A DNA stretch of 63,808 nt, the filler included, from Stramenopiles sp. TOSAG23-2 (Eukaryota): NCBI GenBank assembly GCA_900128395.1. It is 2 parts of 2 records of this genome, joined end to end, with 100 filler letters (N's around TTAATTAATTAA, not from the genome) between each part and the next. Parts side by side here need not be neighbours in the genome. Positions count along the whole stretch, not along the records: positions 31,958 to 63,808 come from LT649366.1; 1 more part is not named here. One strand, given 5' to 3'. A program made the translations under genes and the position numbers. Position 1 is the stretch's first letter. Every line of letters begins with the position of its first letter. The notes below the pieces were generated by a model. That model was not told the DNA's origin. It searched no databases and saw nothing but the letters and a program-made list of their open reading frames with translations. Shown here in pieces: positions 32,348 to 43,061 of the stretch.

Positions 32348-33586
32348 ATGAGCAAATTAAATAATATTGTATTATTATTATTATCATTCATATTAACTGC
32401 AACCAATATAAATTCAGCAATAACAAATGATGATATTTATTCCACACTAGGTTTTGATCAAGAAGTTTTATTTGCTAACAACAACAATAAAAACAACAAC
32501 GACATTACCATTGATTGGACAGATGTATCAACAATGGATGTATCTAATCGTGCACCATTTCCGTCAAATTTAAAACGTAAATCATTTTTTGATCGTTTGC
32601 CAGCAGAAGCAGAAAATACCGTACGTAGCCCTGTATGGACTTTAAGTACCATGTCAGCTGGTTTTTGTGTAGATTTTCAAACGGAATCATCATTTTTGCA
32701 ATTAAATATAACATATAGATATGAAACGATGTCCATGTGGCATTTTCCAGCAACAGGATGTAGCGGAATGGATTTATATAATTTTGATTACAATACAAGT
32801 ACATGGAGATGGACAAGCACGACAACAATAATGAAATATCCACAATCAATTAATCATATGATAACAGTCCCTGCACAAACAACACATCCAACAGAAATAC
32901 CATTATATCGTTTACATTTACCAACATATAATGGAATTAAATATTTAGCGATTGGGCATGATACACGTTATCCATTAATTCAACCAAAACAAAAAAAACT
33001 TATTGAGAATCATAATAATAACAAAAAACCGATTGTTTGGTATGGTACAAGTATATTACAAGGTGCAGTTGCTAGTCGTCCAGGTATGATATTTACAAAT
33101 TGGATATCAAGAAATATACAACGTGAAATTTATAATTTTGGTTTTTCTGGAAATGGTATCATGGAAATTAATGTAGCAAATTATTTAACTACAATTGATG
33201 CAAGTGTTTTCATCATAGATTGCTTACCAAATATGAATGCAACTTTAGTTACAAATCGTACTATTCCACTTGTTGATTACATCAGAGAAAAACATCCAAC
33301 AACACCAATTATATTAGTAGCAGGTACATGGTACGGAGATCATTGGTTCGATCCAACACCAAATGATTCAAAACGACAAGCATTGGTTGAAAAATATAAT
33401 GAATTGATTGCAAAGACTGGTGATAAAGATCTATATTTAATAGACAATTCAAAAGATGAATTATTTAATGAAGAAGTATTAATTAATCCAACTGTTGGTG
33501 GAACACATCCATCTGATTTAGGACATATGGAAATAACAAAATTTTATACCAAATATTTAAATGATTTGTTGAAAAAGTATGAGTGA
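32348..33586 (+). CDS. Secreted SGNH/GDSL hydrolase, bacterial GxDLY type
   Basis: Signal peptide MSKLNNIVLLLLSFILTA; motifs SGMDLY, WYGTSILQG, NFGFSGNG, DCLPN and GTHPSD. The in-frame ATG at 32348 is preferred over the track start. Confidence 0.85.
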   Translation: MSKLNNIVLLLLSFILTATNINSAITNDDIYSTLGFDQEVLFANNNNKNNNDITIDWTDVSTMDVSNRAPFPSNLKRKSFFDRLPAEAENTVRSPVWTLSTMSAGFCVDFQTESSFLQLNITYRYETMSMWHFPATGCSGMDLYNFDYNTSTWRWTSTTTIMKYPQSINHMITVPAQTTHPTEIPLYRLHLPTYNGIKYLAIGHDTRYPLIQPKQKKLIENHNNNKKPIVWYGTSILQGAVASRPGMIFTNWISRNIQREIYNFGFSGNGIMEINVANYLTTIDASVFIIDCLPNMNATLVTNRTIPLVDYIREKHPTTPIILVAGTWYGDHWFDPTPNDSKRQALVEKYNELIAKTGDKDLYLIDNSKDELFNEEVLINPTVGGTHPSDLGHMEITKFYTKYLNDLLKKYE

Positions 33587-33933
33587 GTAAAAAGAAAAGC
33601 AAAAGGTATTTTAATTTTACAATAAAAAAGTAAATTATTAAAATATAAATTTATACTTGATAGTATACTAATTACCATAAAGATATAGGCAACAGCCTTT
33701 TTTTGCCTTGAAGAAAGAAGTGATGAAGGAAAAAACACAACTTACTTGTATAAAAAATGAGGAGGCTATAAATATATATATAAAATTAATAAAATAGGCG
33801 TAAACATACACATCAATAAATCCATCTTGTTTCCATCGTTACATATATTATATATATATATCAAACCTATTACATGTACATATATATACATATATACAAA
33901 TATATTTTGCACATTACTATAATGATAAAAAAC

Positions 33934-36105
33934 ATGGAATTAAATATATTTAAAAGAAGTAAACAACAACAACACAGTTGTTTTAATAATTTTGTGAATA
34001 AAAGAAATAAAAAATGCAATAATAAGAATAATAATTATTTTTACATACGTAATAGTCATCGTCACCATCATCGTTCATATATAGCGCTTTTAATATCTAT
34101 GTTGTTTTTGTTTAATCATGCAGCCAGCGCTGCTATCTTGAGACATAGAATGCCTGTTAAACCACTTGTCGCTGCAACGTCAAACCCAACGCCGTCAAAA
34201 CCATCTGCCGATGGTGTCACACCAGATGAAGACGTTGCTGGTACAAAATCACAAAAACCTGTTATTTTTGGTGGAGGATCAGATCCACTTGATACAACTG
34301 ATCATTCATTAGATGTAACCAATGAAGGCGATCCGGATACAATGCCAGTGACGGATCCGGATGAAGTCAAACCATCCGAGGAATGGATGAATGATCAGAA
34401 AAAATTAGTGAAACGTTTTAACTCACATGAGAAAATACCCAGACGTTCACAAGGAAGCCATGATATTTTTTTACCTGCAAGTGGCGAAGACCCAAGGGGG
34501 TATATGAGACTTGATCCAGAATATCAAGAAGCCGCACCTGATGTTTCTGATCCAAAAAACGAAGGGAATCAATGGAACGAAGAAGCAGGTGGGGTGGAAA
34601 ATGCAATAGGGGAAGGTGCGCATGCAAATGGTGCGTTAGATGCTATGATAGAACCTGCGACCCCTCGTCAGGATGTAAATTCGTATGATGGTGGAGGTGA
34701 AGGTGACAATGTGAAAGCAATGGTACAGTCGGCAGCGGAAGAATCAGAAGAAGATGAGAGTGCAGGCCCTTTTGAAGATTGGAAACCAGCTGAAAAGTCA
34801 AAATGGGAGTACGATAAAGAGAAAGATACACCAGAAATGCATGATATTAAAACGCATTACCAGGAAGAAGAGCAATGGGAAAATGAAAGGATACAAATGA
34901 CAAGGGAAATTGGTGAGCATCGACGGGAACAATATGCACAACAAAATAATCAAAAGCAAGCTCATGAACAATCGCTTCAAAATAATCGACCCGTATTAAA
35001 AGCTGATCAAGAAACAAACGCAGAAAAATTACAAGGAAATCAACAAGAACTCAAAGATTTAAATAATGATAAAGATATTGATGGTGATGTAGCAAATCAA
35101 AAATCGATTGAGAAAGGCAAAAAAAGTGGAAAAATACGTCAAAGCGCTTTAGAATCGGCTCAATCTGGAAATCGTTTACCACAAAGTAGTGAAGGTGAAC
35201 CAGATGTCACACAAATATTATCTGCAGAGGAAGAGATGGCGCAAAGCATAGGTACGAGTCCAACAAAGGTTCAAAGTAAACGCAAATCAACCAGTAACAA
35301 AGTAATAGGGGACAAAGCACCGAAGCCAGGACAAATTGAATGGATTAGAACCGATCCACATACCGGTAAAACAACAAAAGGTGGTCCTGGATACTTGTTT
35401 CAAAAATGTAGGAAAGGTGCACCTGGTATGTGCTGGTTACCTTACAAGTGTAAAAACCATGGTGGTACAACTGTTAGTGGCAAATGTTATGGTGGAGGGG
35501 ACACGGTTTGTTGCCAAAATTACCAAGATTATCCATTAGATCCGTTGCCATTGATGGTCCAACCTGGTCAAATGCCAAAACAGTTATTTGAAGGGCAAAA
35601 AGTTACATTAAAAGGTAAAAAAATCAATATAGGTGAGAGGGAAAGGGCCTTATTCGATGCAATAATGCATGTTGGTATTAAGGGTGAAGAAGCATGCCAA
35701 TTTTTAGCACAAATGGGCCATGAATCTGATAAATTCAAAGCGATGGAAGAATATGCAAGTGGAAGAGCATACAATGGGAGATTAGACTTAGGCAATACAC
35801 GCCAGGGAGATGGCGTCCGTTACAAAGGACGTGGTTATATTCAATTGACAGGGCGTGCAAATTATCGATATTATGGACAAGCATTAGGAGTAGATTTAGA
35901 AAACCAACCCGTGCGTGCAAGTGATCTAGATGTTGCAGCTGCTGTTGCCATTAATTATTGGTTTGCTCGTGTTAAATATGACAAAGGAGTTAATGGTAAT
36001 TTCGCAAATACAAAGCGTGTAACATATAAAATCAATGGTGGTTCGAACGGCTTGAGAGATCGTATGAAGAAATTTAAAGCATATAAAGCTACGATGAGGT
36101 TGTAA
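33934..36105 (+). CDS. Secreted protein: long acidic low-complexity region, six-Cys module, GH19 endolysin/chitinase-like domain
   Basis: Hydrophobic signal-like stretch YIALLISMLFLFNHAASA; Cys module at 35407-35514; GH19 motifs FLAQMGHES, LGNTRQGDG, YKGRGYIQLTGRANY and KINGG. Confidence 0.88.
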   Translation: MELNIFKRSKQQQHSCFNNFVNKRNKKCNNKNNNYFYIRNSHRHHHRSYIALLISMLFLFNHAASAAILRHRMPVKPLVAATSNPTPSKPSADGVTPDEDVAGTKSQKPVIFGGGSDPLDTTDHSLDVTNEGDPDTMPVTDPDEVKPSEEWMNDQKKLVKRFNSHEKIPRRSQGSHDIFLPASGEDPRGYMRLDPEYQEAAPDVSDPKNEGNQWNEEAGGVENAIGEGAHANGALDAMIEPATPRQDVNSYDGGGEGDNVKAMVQSAAEESEEDESAGPFEDWKPAEKSKWEYDKEKDTPEMHDIKTHYQEEEQWENERIQMTREIGEHRREQYAQQNNQKQAHEQSLQNNRPVLKADQETNAEKLQGNQQELKDLNNDKDIDGDVANQKSIEKGKKSGKIRQSALESAQSGNRLPQSSEGEPDVTQILSAEEEMAQSIGTSPTKVQSKRKSTSNKVIGDKAPKPGQIEWIRTDPHTGKTTKGGPGYLFQKCRKGAPGMCWLPYKCKNHGGTTVSGKCYGGGDTVCCQNYQDYPLDPLPLMVQPGQMPKQLFEGQKVTLKGKKINIGERERALFDAIMHVGIKGEEACQFLAQMGHESDKFKAMEEYASGRAYNGRLDLGNTRQGDGVRYKGRGYIQLTGRANYRYYGQALGVDLENQPVRASDLDVAAAVAINYWFARVKYDKGVNGNFANTKRVTYKINGGSNGLRDRMKKFKAYKATMRL

Positions 36106-36319
36106 AAATGTACGTATTTGCGATTGATTGATATATGAATATCATACTCCGTATAATATATACGAAATATTGTACACAGTACTTTTTAAATTTTGTTTTT
36201 GAGAGAGAGATAAAAAAATACTCGTATGTACTTCGTAAAAAGTAAATATTACTTTCTCTCTCGTATTTTTAAAATTATATTTTTTAATTAAAAAATGAAA
36301 AAAAATTTTACACGCTGGT

Positions 36320-39300
36320 TTACAATCCAATCCTCAAAAATATATACCGTGGCAACACAAAATTTTCAAAATCACCATCATTATATTTTATGGCATAACT
36401 AACACCATCATCTTCCACGTATGCGATTCTACCATCATAATACATGTTTCCACGTTTACCTTGCCATCTACCATATACTACGTCGTTTTTTTTAATTTCT
36501 CTATCTGGAATTCCATCTAAATTTTGATCCATATTTACCCAGCAATTGGCGTCTGAATATAATTGTTTATTTAAAGTTGTTGAAGTAACAGGGAAGATAT
36601 CCGTTTTGGCAACCCCCATAATAGATTGTGTAGGGTAGCCAGGTCCATCCCATTCAAAAATTGCTTTTATCCATGGGTGAACACCTTTAAAAGCAATTTG
36701 ATAAGTTCCATCTTCCATTCTTCCAGTGATGATGGCAGAATAATACTTATCATCCTGATTAAATTTAACTAATGCTGTCCTACCAATTGTAATCATAGCC
36801 ATTAGCGGATCAATAGGATTATTTCTATTATTCATATCAGCAGCATCGGAGTCACCCCCAAGTGAATTTACAATTCTAGCACCATGTAACATTGATTCTA
36901 AACCATCCAACGAAGAAACTAATGTATGGCTAGAAAGTAAATTATTCGTTGACACTTCTTCCATATCCTCTGCTATCGGCAAAGCTAATCGTATTTGTGG
37001 TGCGCCATTCGTAGCAACTGCTACGTATACAAGTTGTGACACATCGCCCGTTGTTGAAGTTGTAGTTGTTGTGGTGGTAGTAGTACTACCTAACGATTGC
37101 AATGAATTTAATAATGCTGTTTGTAAACTTCGTAAATCAAAACCTTCGCTGCTTGAAGCTTCACCCTCCATATTGCCATCTGTTGTAGTCAATGCGGTAT
37201 CAAGAGCACCAATATCCAATTCTCCTGTACCACCACTCAATAATGATTGTAATTGATTTTGCACAGCTTGCATGATATCTTCTGAATTAGATCCAGCATT
37301 TATTTCAATAGTATTACTATTTTCAAAGGATAAATTATTGCTAACTTCAACGTCTTCACCTACTTCCTCGCCGCCGCCGCCACCACCACCACCACCAATA
37401 GTTGTTTGTAAAGATGATGAGCTTGAAACTGCATTTTGTAATTCTGCAAGCAAGTCATTTTCATCAGAATCTAAGGCGTTTTCTCCAAGAATATTGTTAT
37501 TGCCACCTATTGATAAAAAATTCGTATACGTAATTTTTTTAATCATTTTTTTTGTTACTGATTTCTTAATACTTGAATTTTGTCCATTTAACTCTTCTTT
37601 CTCTGATAAAGCAGCAGCATGGGCGGTTTGAATGCCAGCAATTGCCATATTTCTAAACCACAGTACAATTTTTTGCTCCGCATCAACAATTATATTTGCA
37701 AATTTTTGTTTGATAGAAGAATTAGATAACAATATTTGCTTTCGATGATTTTTTAATGTTAACAACATATCTTCCTTCTTTGTAAAAAAATCGATTTTCT
37801 TTTCTAATTCTTTTAATTTTGCTAATATGTCCTCATCGCCGACAGTATTATCGTTGCTGCTGCTGTTGTTTGTATTATTGTTATTAGCAGTATGATTTGT
37901 ACGATTGTTTGTTATATTTCTAATTTCTTCCAACATTTGTTCCGTTAATTTAATTTCTTCATCTAATGTATCCATCTTTTCAATTAAATCATCTTTTGTA
38001 ATTGGCTGAAAGTCTTCTTCTTCTTCTTGGAGATGCTCAATATTATCATAAGTAGCTTTGTCACGGCTGTTACCATTATTATGATAATTATTATTGTCGT
38101 TTTTTAAAATACTCATTTTCGTATATAAGAGTATCATGGAATAATATCCTCGTTCATTTTCAGGTAAATAATCTGGCATAGCAGATTTTAAATGATCAAT
38201 AAATTCCTCCGTATTTGCATCCATTGCACGGTTTAATGTGATCGATTTTGCATATGGAACATCATATAGATCCATCAAAAATTCCTTCCATGCTGGTAAT
38301 CTATGACATTTACCAACACCACTTTTCAATGGCATGGGCCTTCCATCTTGTGGCTGTGTAATAGGGCAAACATCCGATATATCAGATCTGTACATAGTAA
38401 AAGTTAATGATGTATCAGCATCTTTTAATGCGAAACCAAAATTCTTTAAATATTGAGTGTTCGATTTACTACCGTACGAATCATAAATAGGTTCGCCTGG
38501 TAATATATCCCGCGTAGCTATCAGTGTAAATCCTTGTAAATCTGGATCAAACGTCCAAACTACATTTGGTGTTGCACGATGGTTTAACATATCAGCCATT
38601 GGTACCATAGCAAGCAATTCATTTGTACATTTATTTTTATTTATTTCTAACGATTCATCTAAATGGCCTTCTGGATATATACGAAATGCTCTACTTAAAA
38701 TAGTAGCCCTAGCCCATAAATAATCATCTACGGTAAATCGTTGTTTGAAACTATTTCCTAACAATGAGATCAAATCATTGAATTCCCCCCTAGCATTTTG
38801 TTGCATGTTAATAACTTCTAATGGAAATTCACTGCCTGTAAACTCAGCAAAGTCGTTTTCCTTATAAAACATTGGTAAATGTGAAGAATCTTTTGGTAAG
38901 GTATCTAAATATGCATAAAAAAAAGAATTTTCATTAAGTCGTTGCTCCATAATAAAAACGGCCATTGAAATGTGCTCTTGTAAATATTGTGAACCAGACC
39001 ATGGAGAATATTCTGCATAAAACGCTCGTTTAGCATAATATCCTAAACGCAAAACAATTGGTGTTGTTATTAAAACTTTCTTTGGCAAAATAGCAATTGT
39101 TTCTCGTGATAAAATATTTTTTTCTGCAACAACACCACGACCTTCTGATATGGCATATGTTACACCTAATGAATCAAATTCAGCACCATTTTCTTTTAGC
39201 CATGATTGTAATAATTCAGCACGATATGTTTCATATTGTATTTCAATTTCTTCATCATAATTAATATTTCCTAAAACTTGAAGAAAAAAAGAAGAAAACG

Positions 39301-39385
39301 AAATAATATATAGTGTTAATAAAAGGTAACAAGCCACTATTTTATTATTATCATATAGTCGATGATTATGATGTTGATAATTCAT
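36320..39385 (-). CDS. SETD3/Rubisco-LSMT-type SET methyltransferase with N-terminal signal/anchor and C-terminal Tudor-like domains
   Basis: GRGVVA, YLDTLP, WARATILSRAF, MVPMADMLNH and YDSYGSKSN...FGF; C-terminal VKFNQDDKYYSAII and VYGRWQG...YYDGRI...YAIKYNDGDFE; N-terminal hydrophobic VACYLLLTLYIISFSSFFLQVLG. Confidence 0.8.
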   Translation of the reverse strand: MNYQHHNHRLYDNNKIVACYLLLTLYIISFSSFFLQVLGNINYDEEIEIQYETYRAELLQSWLKENGAEFDSLGVTYAISEGRGVVAEKNILSRETIAILPKKVLITTPIVLRLGYYAKRAFYAEYSPWSGSQYLQEHISMAVFIMEQRLNENSFFYAYLDTLPKDSSHLPMFYKENDFAEFTGSEFPLEVINMQQNARGEFNDLISLLGNSFKQRFTVDDYLWARATILSRAFRIYPEGHLDESLEINKNKCTNELLAMVPMADMLNHRATPNVVWTFDPDLQGFTLIATRDILPGEPIYDSYGSKSNTQYLKNFGFALKDADTSLTFTMYRSDISDVCPITQPQDGRPMPLKSGVGKCHRLPAWKEFLMDLYDVPYAKSITLNRAMDANTEEFIDHLKSAMPDYLPENERGYYSMILLYTKMSILKNDNNNYHNNGNSRDKATYDNIEHLQEEEEDFQPITKDDLIEKMDTLDEEIKLTEQMLEEIRNITNNRTNHTANNNNTNNSSSNDNTVGDEDILAKLKELEKKIDFFTKKEDMLLTLKNHRKQILLSNSSIKQKFANIIVDAEQKIVLWFRNMAIAGIQTAHAAALSEKEELNGQNSSIKKSVTKKMIKKITYTNFLSIGGNNNILGENALDSDENDLLAELQNAVSSSSSLQTTIGGGGGGGGGEEVGEDVEVSNNLSFENSNTIEINAGSNSEDIMQAVQNQLQSLLSGGTGELDIGALDTALTTTDGNMEGEASSSEGFDLRSLQTALLNSLQSLGSTTTTTTTTTSTTGDVSQLVYVAVATNGAPQIRLALPIAEDMEEVSTNNLLSSHTLVSSLDGLESMLHGARIVNSLGGDSDAADMNNRNNPIDPLMAMITIGRTALVKFNQDDKYYSAIITGRMEDGTYQIAFKGVHPWIKAIFEWDGPGYPTQSIMGVAKTDIFPVTSTTLNKQLYSDANCWVNMDQNLDGIPDREIKKNDVVYGRWQGKRGNMYYDGRIAYVEDDGVSYAIKYNDGDFENFVLPRYIFLRIGL

Positions 39386-39944
39386 TATTTTATTGTGGTT
39401 GGAAAAATCAAAGTGATTGATTTCTCCTTTCACATGGATATAAATAAACTATTTACACGCTTTTTGTTTCAACACATGTTCTATCTTAATCTCTAAACGA
39501 TCGAATAATTAATAAAAGTAATATAAATATAGATAAAAATGCAATTTATTAAAAGATTTGGACGGAGGAGGAAGAATTATGAGCAACATATACAGTGCTA
39601 TACGACTGGATGTCCGAAGGAGACCCCGCTATGCTATTCGCATCATACTGTAGACGACTAAGGCAGCGAGACTGGATGGAACAAAAAGAGATTCTCTTTG
39701 GATGGAAGTGCAAACTGTGTGGTTTTTTTGTTTTTTTGTTTTTTTGATCGACGGACTGATAGGTTTTTAATTTCATTGTATTAAGTACAAATATTTGTAA
39801 TGTAAATGAAAGAGCTTTTATAGCTTTTATAGCGATATTTTTAATTGTTTGTTTTTAGTACATTTTTTTATAGTCTAAATTGAACCATATATTCTATATA
39901 GGGGGTTAAAGATTTTTTTTAACTAACCTTTTTTTTATACACTT

Positions 39945-40586
39945 TTAGACACCACTATAAGCAATATCAGTGCGTAATAAATATTTAATACCACCTTTGA
40001 CTTCATTTCCTTCATGTAATAAACATTGATCACCATGCATATGTACCAATCCATTCCCTAATTTTGGTTTGTATTTCAATGCAATATTCATATTACGACC
40101 AGGATATGAATCACTTGTATAAAAAGTAGTTTCCCCACCGGTTAAACCATCATCATTTAAATACATTAATAATGTATATAATGTTGCATAACCTGCATTC
40201 GTTCTTACGGATTCATCTATATGTGGTCCAAATGCTTGACCTGGTGTATATTTGTACAATCTAAAATTATCAGATAAACCTATTGGTTTTATTTTATCAT
40301 TGAATGTAGGTAAATGCATTTGTATTCGATCAAACAGTATTTGTGCTAATTTCTCAGAATGAATTTGTAAACGTCCATTTTTTCGAAAAGCACATTCTCG
40401 TGTCTCTCGTTGAAAGGTCTCTTGAAAACCTGTAGATTCAGCTAATTCAATTACTTTAAATGCTTCTTCCTTCGTAATCATTTGTTTAATCTCAAATATA
40501 CCATTGTTTTCCATTAAATCTTTCTTTATACATTTATACATCATATTATCTTTATCCCATGTTGTATTATAAAATACATCTTCCAT
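39945..40586 (-). CDS. 2OG-Fe(II) dioxygenase (prolyl-4-hydroxylase-like)
   Basis: FRLYKY, FGPHID (HxD), TLLMYLN, GGETTF, LHEG and KYLLRTD motifs. Confidence 0.88.
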   Translation of the reverse strand: MEDVFYNTTWDKDNMMYKCIKKDLMENNGIFEIKQMITKEEAFKVIELAESTGFQETFQRETRECAFRKNGRLQIHSEKLAQILFDRIQMHLPTFNDKIKPIGLSDNFRLYKYTPGQAFGPHIDESVRTNAGYATLYTLLMYLNDDGLTGGETTFYTSDSYPGRNMNIALKYKPKLGNGLVHMHGDQCLLHEGNEVKGGIKYLLRTDIAYSGV

Positions 40587-41033
40587 TTGTGTTTTTAGTT
40601 GATTTATTTTATTAATATTATTATTATTATTATTGGACGACGAAGATAATGAGGAAGAAGAAGTATATTTTTTTTCCTTTTTTTTTTATTTTTTCCCATA
40701 TTTTATTTACAACAACAACAAAACTGAACAAAATATATGCAAATGCACCGTAATAGAAATGATCTCAAAATATATATTAAATTCTGTTATAGATATAGAT
40801 ACAGACGAGAGCGAGAAAAATGTAGATATACGAAGAATACATTTACATTTTGTTTATTTTTTATATAATAATAATTTTTACTATTTGATTATTCATTAAG
40901 GGAGAAAGTAAAATTAAGGGATGTATCCTCCAAAAAAAACAAAAAAATGTGTGATGGGTTAGGGTTGAACATCACTTTAACTTTAACTTTTAACTTCGAT
41001 ATACTATATTGAATATGCACAATATGGAAAGAG

Positions 41034-41064
<31 letters not shown>

Positions 41065-41123
41065 GGAAGAGAAGAACAACAGAGAGAGATTTAGATTGTA
41101 GTTAGTAAACAAAATAATAAGAG

Positions 41124-41753
41124 ATGTTAAATGTAAAGAAAAAAAAAGAAAAACATGATGGCGTGGAAAGTAAAAAAATGGAAGAAAATAATATTAAATT
41201 AAAAGCAATGGAAATTGATGATAATAAAAATGTTGAATTAACTAGTTTACCAATAAAAACAAAAAGATTATTAGATACGCAAATAGAATTCTTTCCAAAA
41301 ATTATTAAAGAATTGCAAAAAACTGGCAGGAAAACGTCGCATTGGGCTTGGTATGTATGGCCAACTACGATGCCAGGAAGATCAGATTCAAGAATCACAG
41401 CTGTTACAGAAGAATCTGCATATTCATTATTAAAGTTAACCAACTTAGATCAATGGATTATGATATTAAATTTATTAGCAGAATATATGGAAAACAAAGT
41501 TAAAGAATATGAAAAACAAAAAAATAATGCGAAAAGTAATGATGATAGTTCCAAAGAAAAAACGAGGGAATTTTTTTTTCAAAGGAATCCAATAAGCAAA
41601 ATTATACCACCTATTGATCATGGCCGTATTAAATTTTTTATACAATTTTGGCTTGTTGATAATGATAAGAATATAACAAAACAGTTTCCAACATTTTATA
41701 ATGCCATTCATAAATTTAATGATATTTTTGAATATGGACTGTCGATCAAGTAA
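41124..41753 (+). CDS. DUF1810-like protein
   Basis: ELQKTGRKTSHWAWYVWP resembles the DUF1810 signature ELxxGxKxSHWMWYIFP. Confidence 0.6.
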   Translation: MLNVKKKKEKHDGVESKKMEENNIKLKAMEIDDNKNVELTSLPIKTKRLLDTQIEFFPKIIKELQKTGRKTSHWAWYVWPTTMPGRSDSRITAVTEESAYSLLKLTNLDQWIMILNLLAEYMENKVKEYEKQKNNAKSNDDSSKEKTREFFFQRNPISKIIPPIDHGRIKFFIQFWLVDNDKNITKQFPTFYNAIHKFNDIFEYGLSIK

Positions 41754-42017
41754 TTGTATTAAAATACACGAGTTACGAGGAGGTACGCGTAGACATCAGA
41801 GCGAGGGGGCCAAAAAAATTAAAACAATAAATGTATATATAATATATACTACATTTTTAAATTAAATTTGTATATATATATATATTATTTATGGGGTGCG
41901 CGCATGTGTGGTGGCAAAAAAAAATACACAAACGCTAGGACAATCAGTACACATTTTTTACAAAAATTCTTGAACCTATCATATATATTTATCACCTAAG
42001 TTTTCTCTCATCAAAAA

Positions 42018-43061
42018 TTACAATTTATTCATGATTGGTTTATAAAATGGTATTTTCTCTTCATCTGTTCTTCCTAATATAATACAACGTTCCATCAATC
42101 TTTTATGAGGCCAAAAATCACCAGATGCATAATGTTGACATGCTCGATTATCCCACATTGCAACACTTCCATCTTGCCATTTAAATCTACATTGATATTC
42201 TGGATGATACATTTGCCTTTCCAAATGCTTCAATAAGTTTACTGCTTTATCTTGTTCCATTCCAATAATACCTTGTGTAAACGTTGGATTTACAAACAAG
42301 GCAGTCGCACCTGTTTCTGGATGTGTTCTTAATACTGGATGTATAGCACTAATATCGCCATGCCCATAAGGCGATCCTTTATGATATGCACGTAAATTTT
42401 GCAATTCTGCTTTTGTTTCATCATCCAAACCTTGATACATTGCATATGCATCGCAAAATACAGTATCACCACCAACAGGTGCTGCTTTACGAGCTAATAA
42501 TAATGTACCAATTGGTGGTTTTGGTGCCCATGTTACATCGCTATGCCAATTTGCTGCGGCATTTGGAAATTTTTCATTTGCATATAATTTCATCAATCCA
42601 CGATGCCCTTCAACAGTTGGTAATTCCTCAAATCCTTTCTTTCCTGTCATGATAAGCATTGGCTCATTATGCCATTCACCGTGTGTTCCACCTAAATCAC
42701 CAAATTTTGAAGCAAATTCCAGTTGTTGTGCTGGTGTTATGTGCCCTTGGTTACGGAAAAAAACTACTTTTCGTTTTAACCAAATGGAACGAATATAATC
42801 AACTTCTTCTTGTGAAACATTTGCCATATCAATGCCATGAATTACAGTACCAATAGATGAATTCAATGGTTCTAAATATATGTGCGGAAATTTCTCAGAA
42901 CGTTCAATGACATGTGGTAACATGACCTTTTCAAGTTTTAAATTTTCATCACGTTCATTAATAATATCTGTTGTAGGTTTTGTATTATTCGGTTGGCCTG
43001 ATAATGCTACTCCTTTGAATTTATTAGACATTCTTATTTTATATTCTTTCAATGTCGTCAT
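42018..43061 (-). CDS. TauD/TfdA family 2OG-dependent dioxygenase
   Basis: VVFFRNQ, WHSDVT, GGDTVFCD, HPVLRTHPETG, LFVN and WDNRACQHYA motifs. Confidence 0.92.
   Translation of the reverse strand: MTTLKEYKIRMSNKFKGVALSGQPNNTKPTTDIINERDENLKLEKVMLPHVIERSEKFPHIYLEPLNSSIGTVIHGIDMANVSQEEVDYIRSIWLKRKVVFFRNQGHITPAQQLEFASKFGDLGGTHGEWHNEPMLIMTGKKGFEELPTVEGHRGLMKLYANEKFPNAAANWHSDVTWAPKPPIGTLLLARKAAPVGGDTVFCDAYAMYQGLDDETKAELQNLRAYHKGSPYGHGDISAIHPVLRTHPETGATALFVNPTFTQGIIGMEQDKAVNLLKHLERQMYHPEYQCRFKWQDGSVAMWDNRACQHYASGDFWPHKRLMERCIILGRTDEEKIPFYKPIMNKL

Noticed and set aside
41035-41065. (GATA)n and other microsatellites, and poly-Asn (AAT)n runs
   Set aside because: Ordinary slippage repeats in an AT-rich genome.
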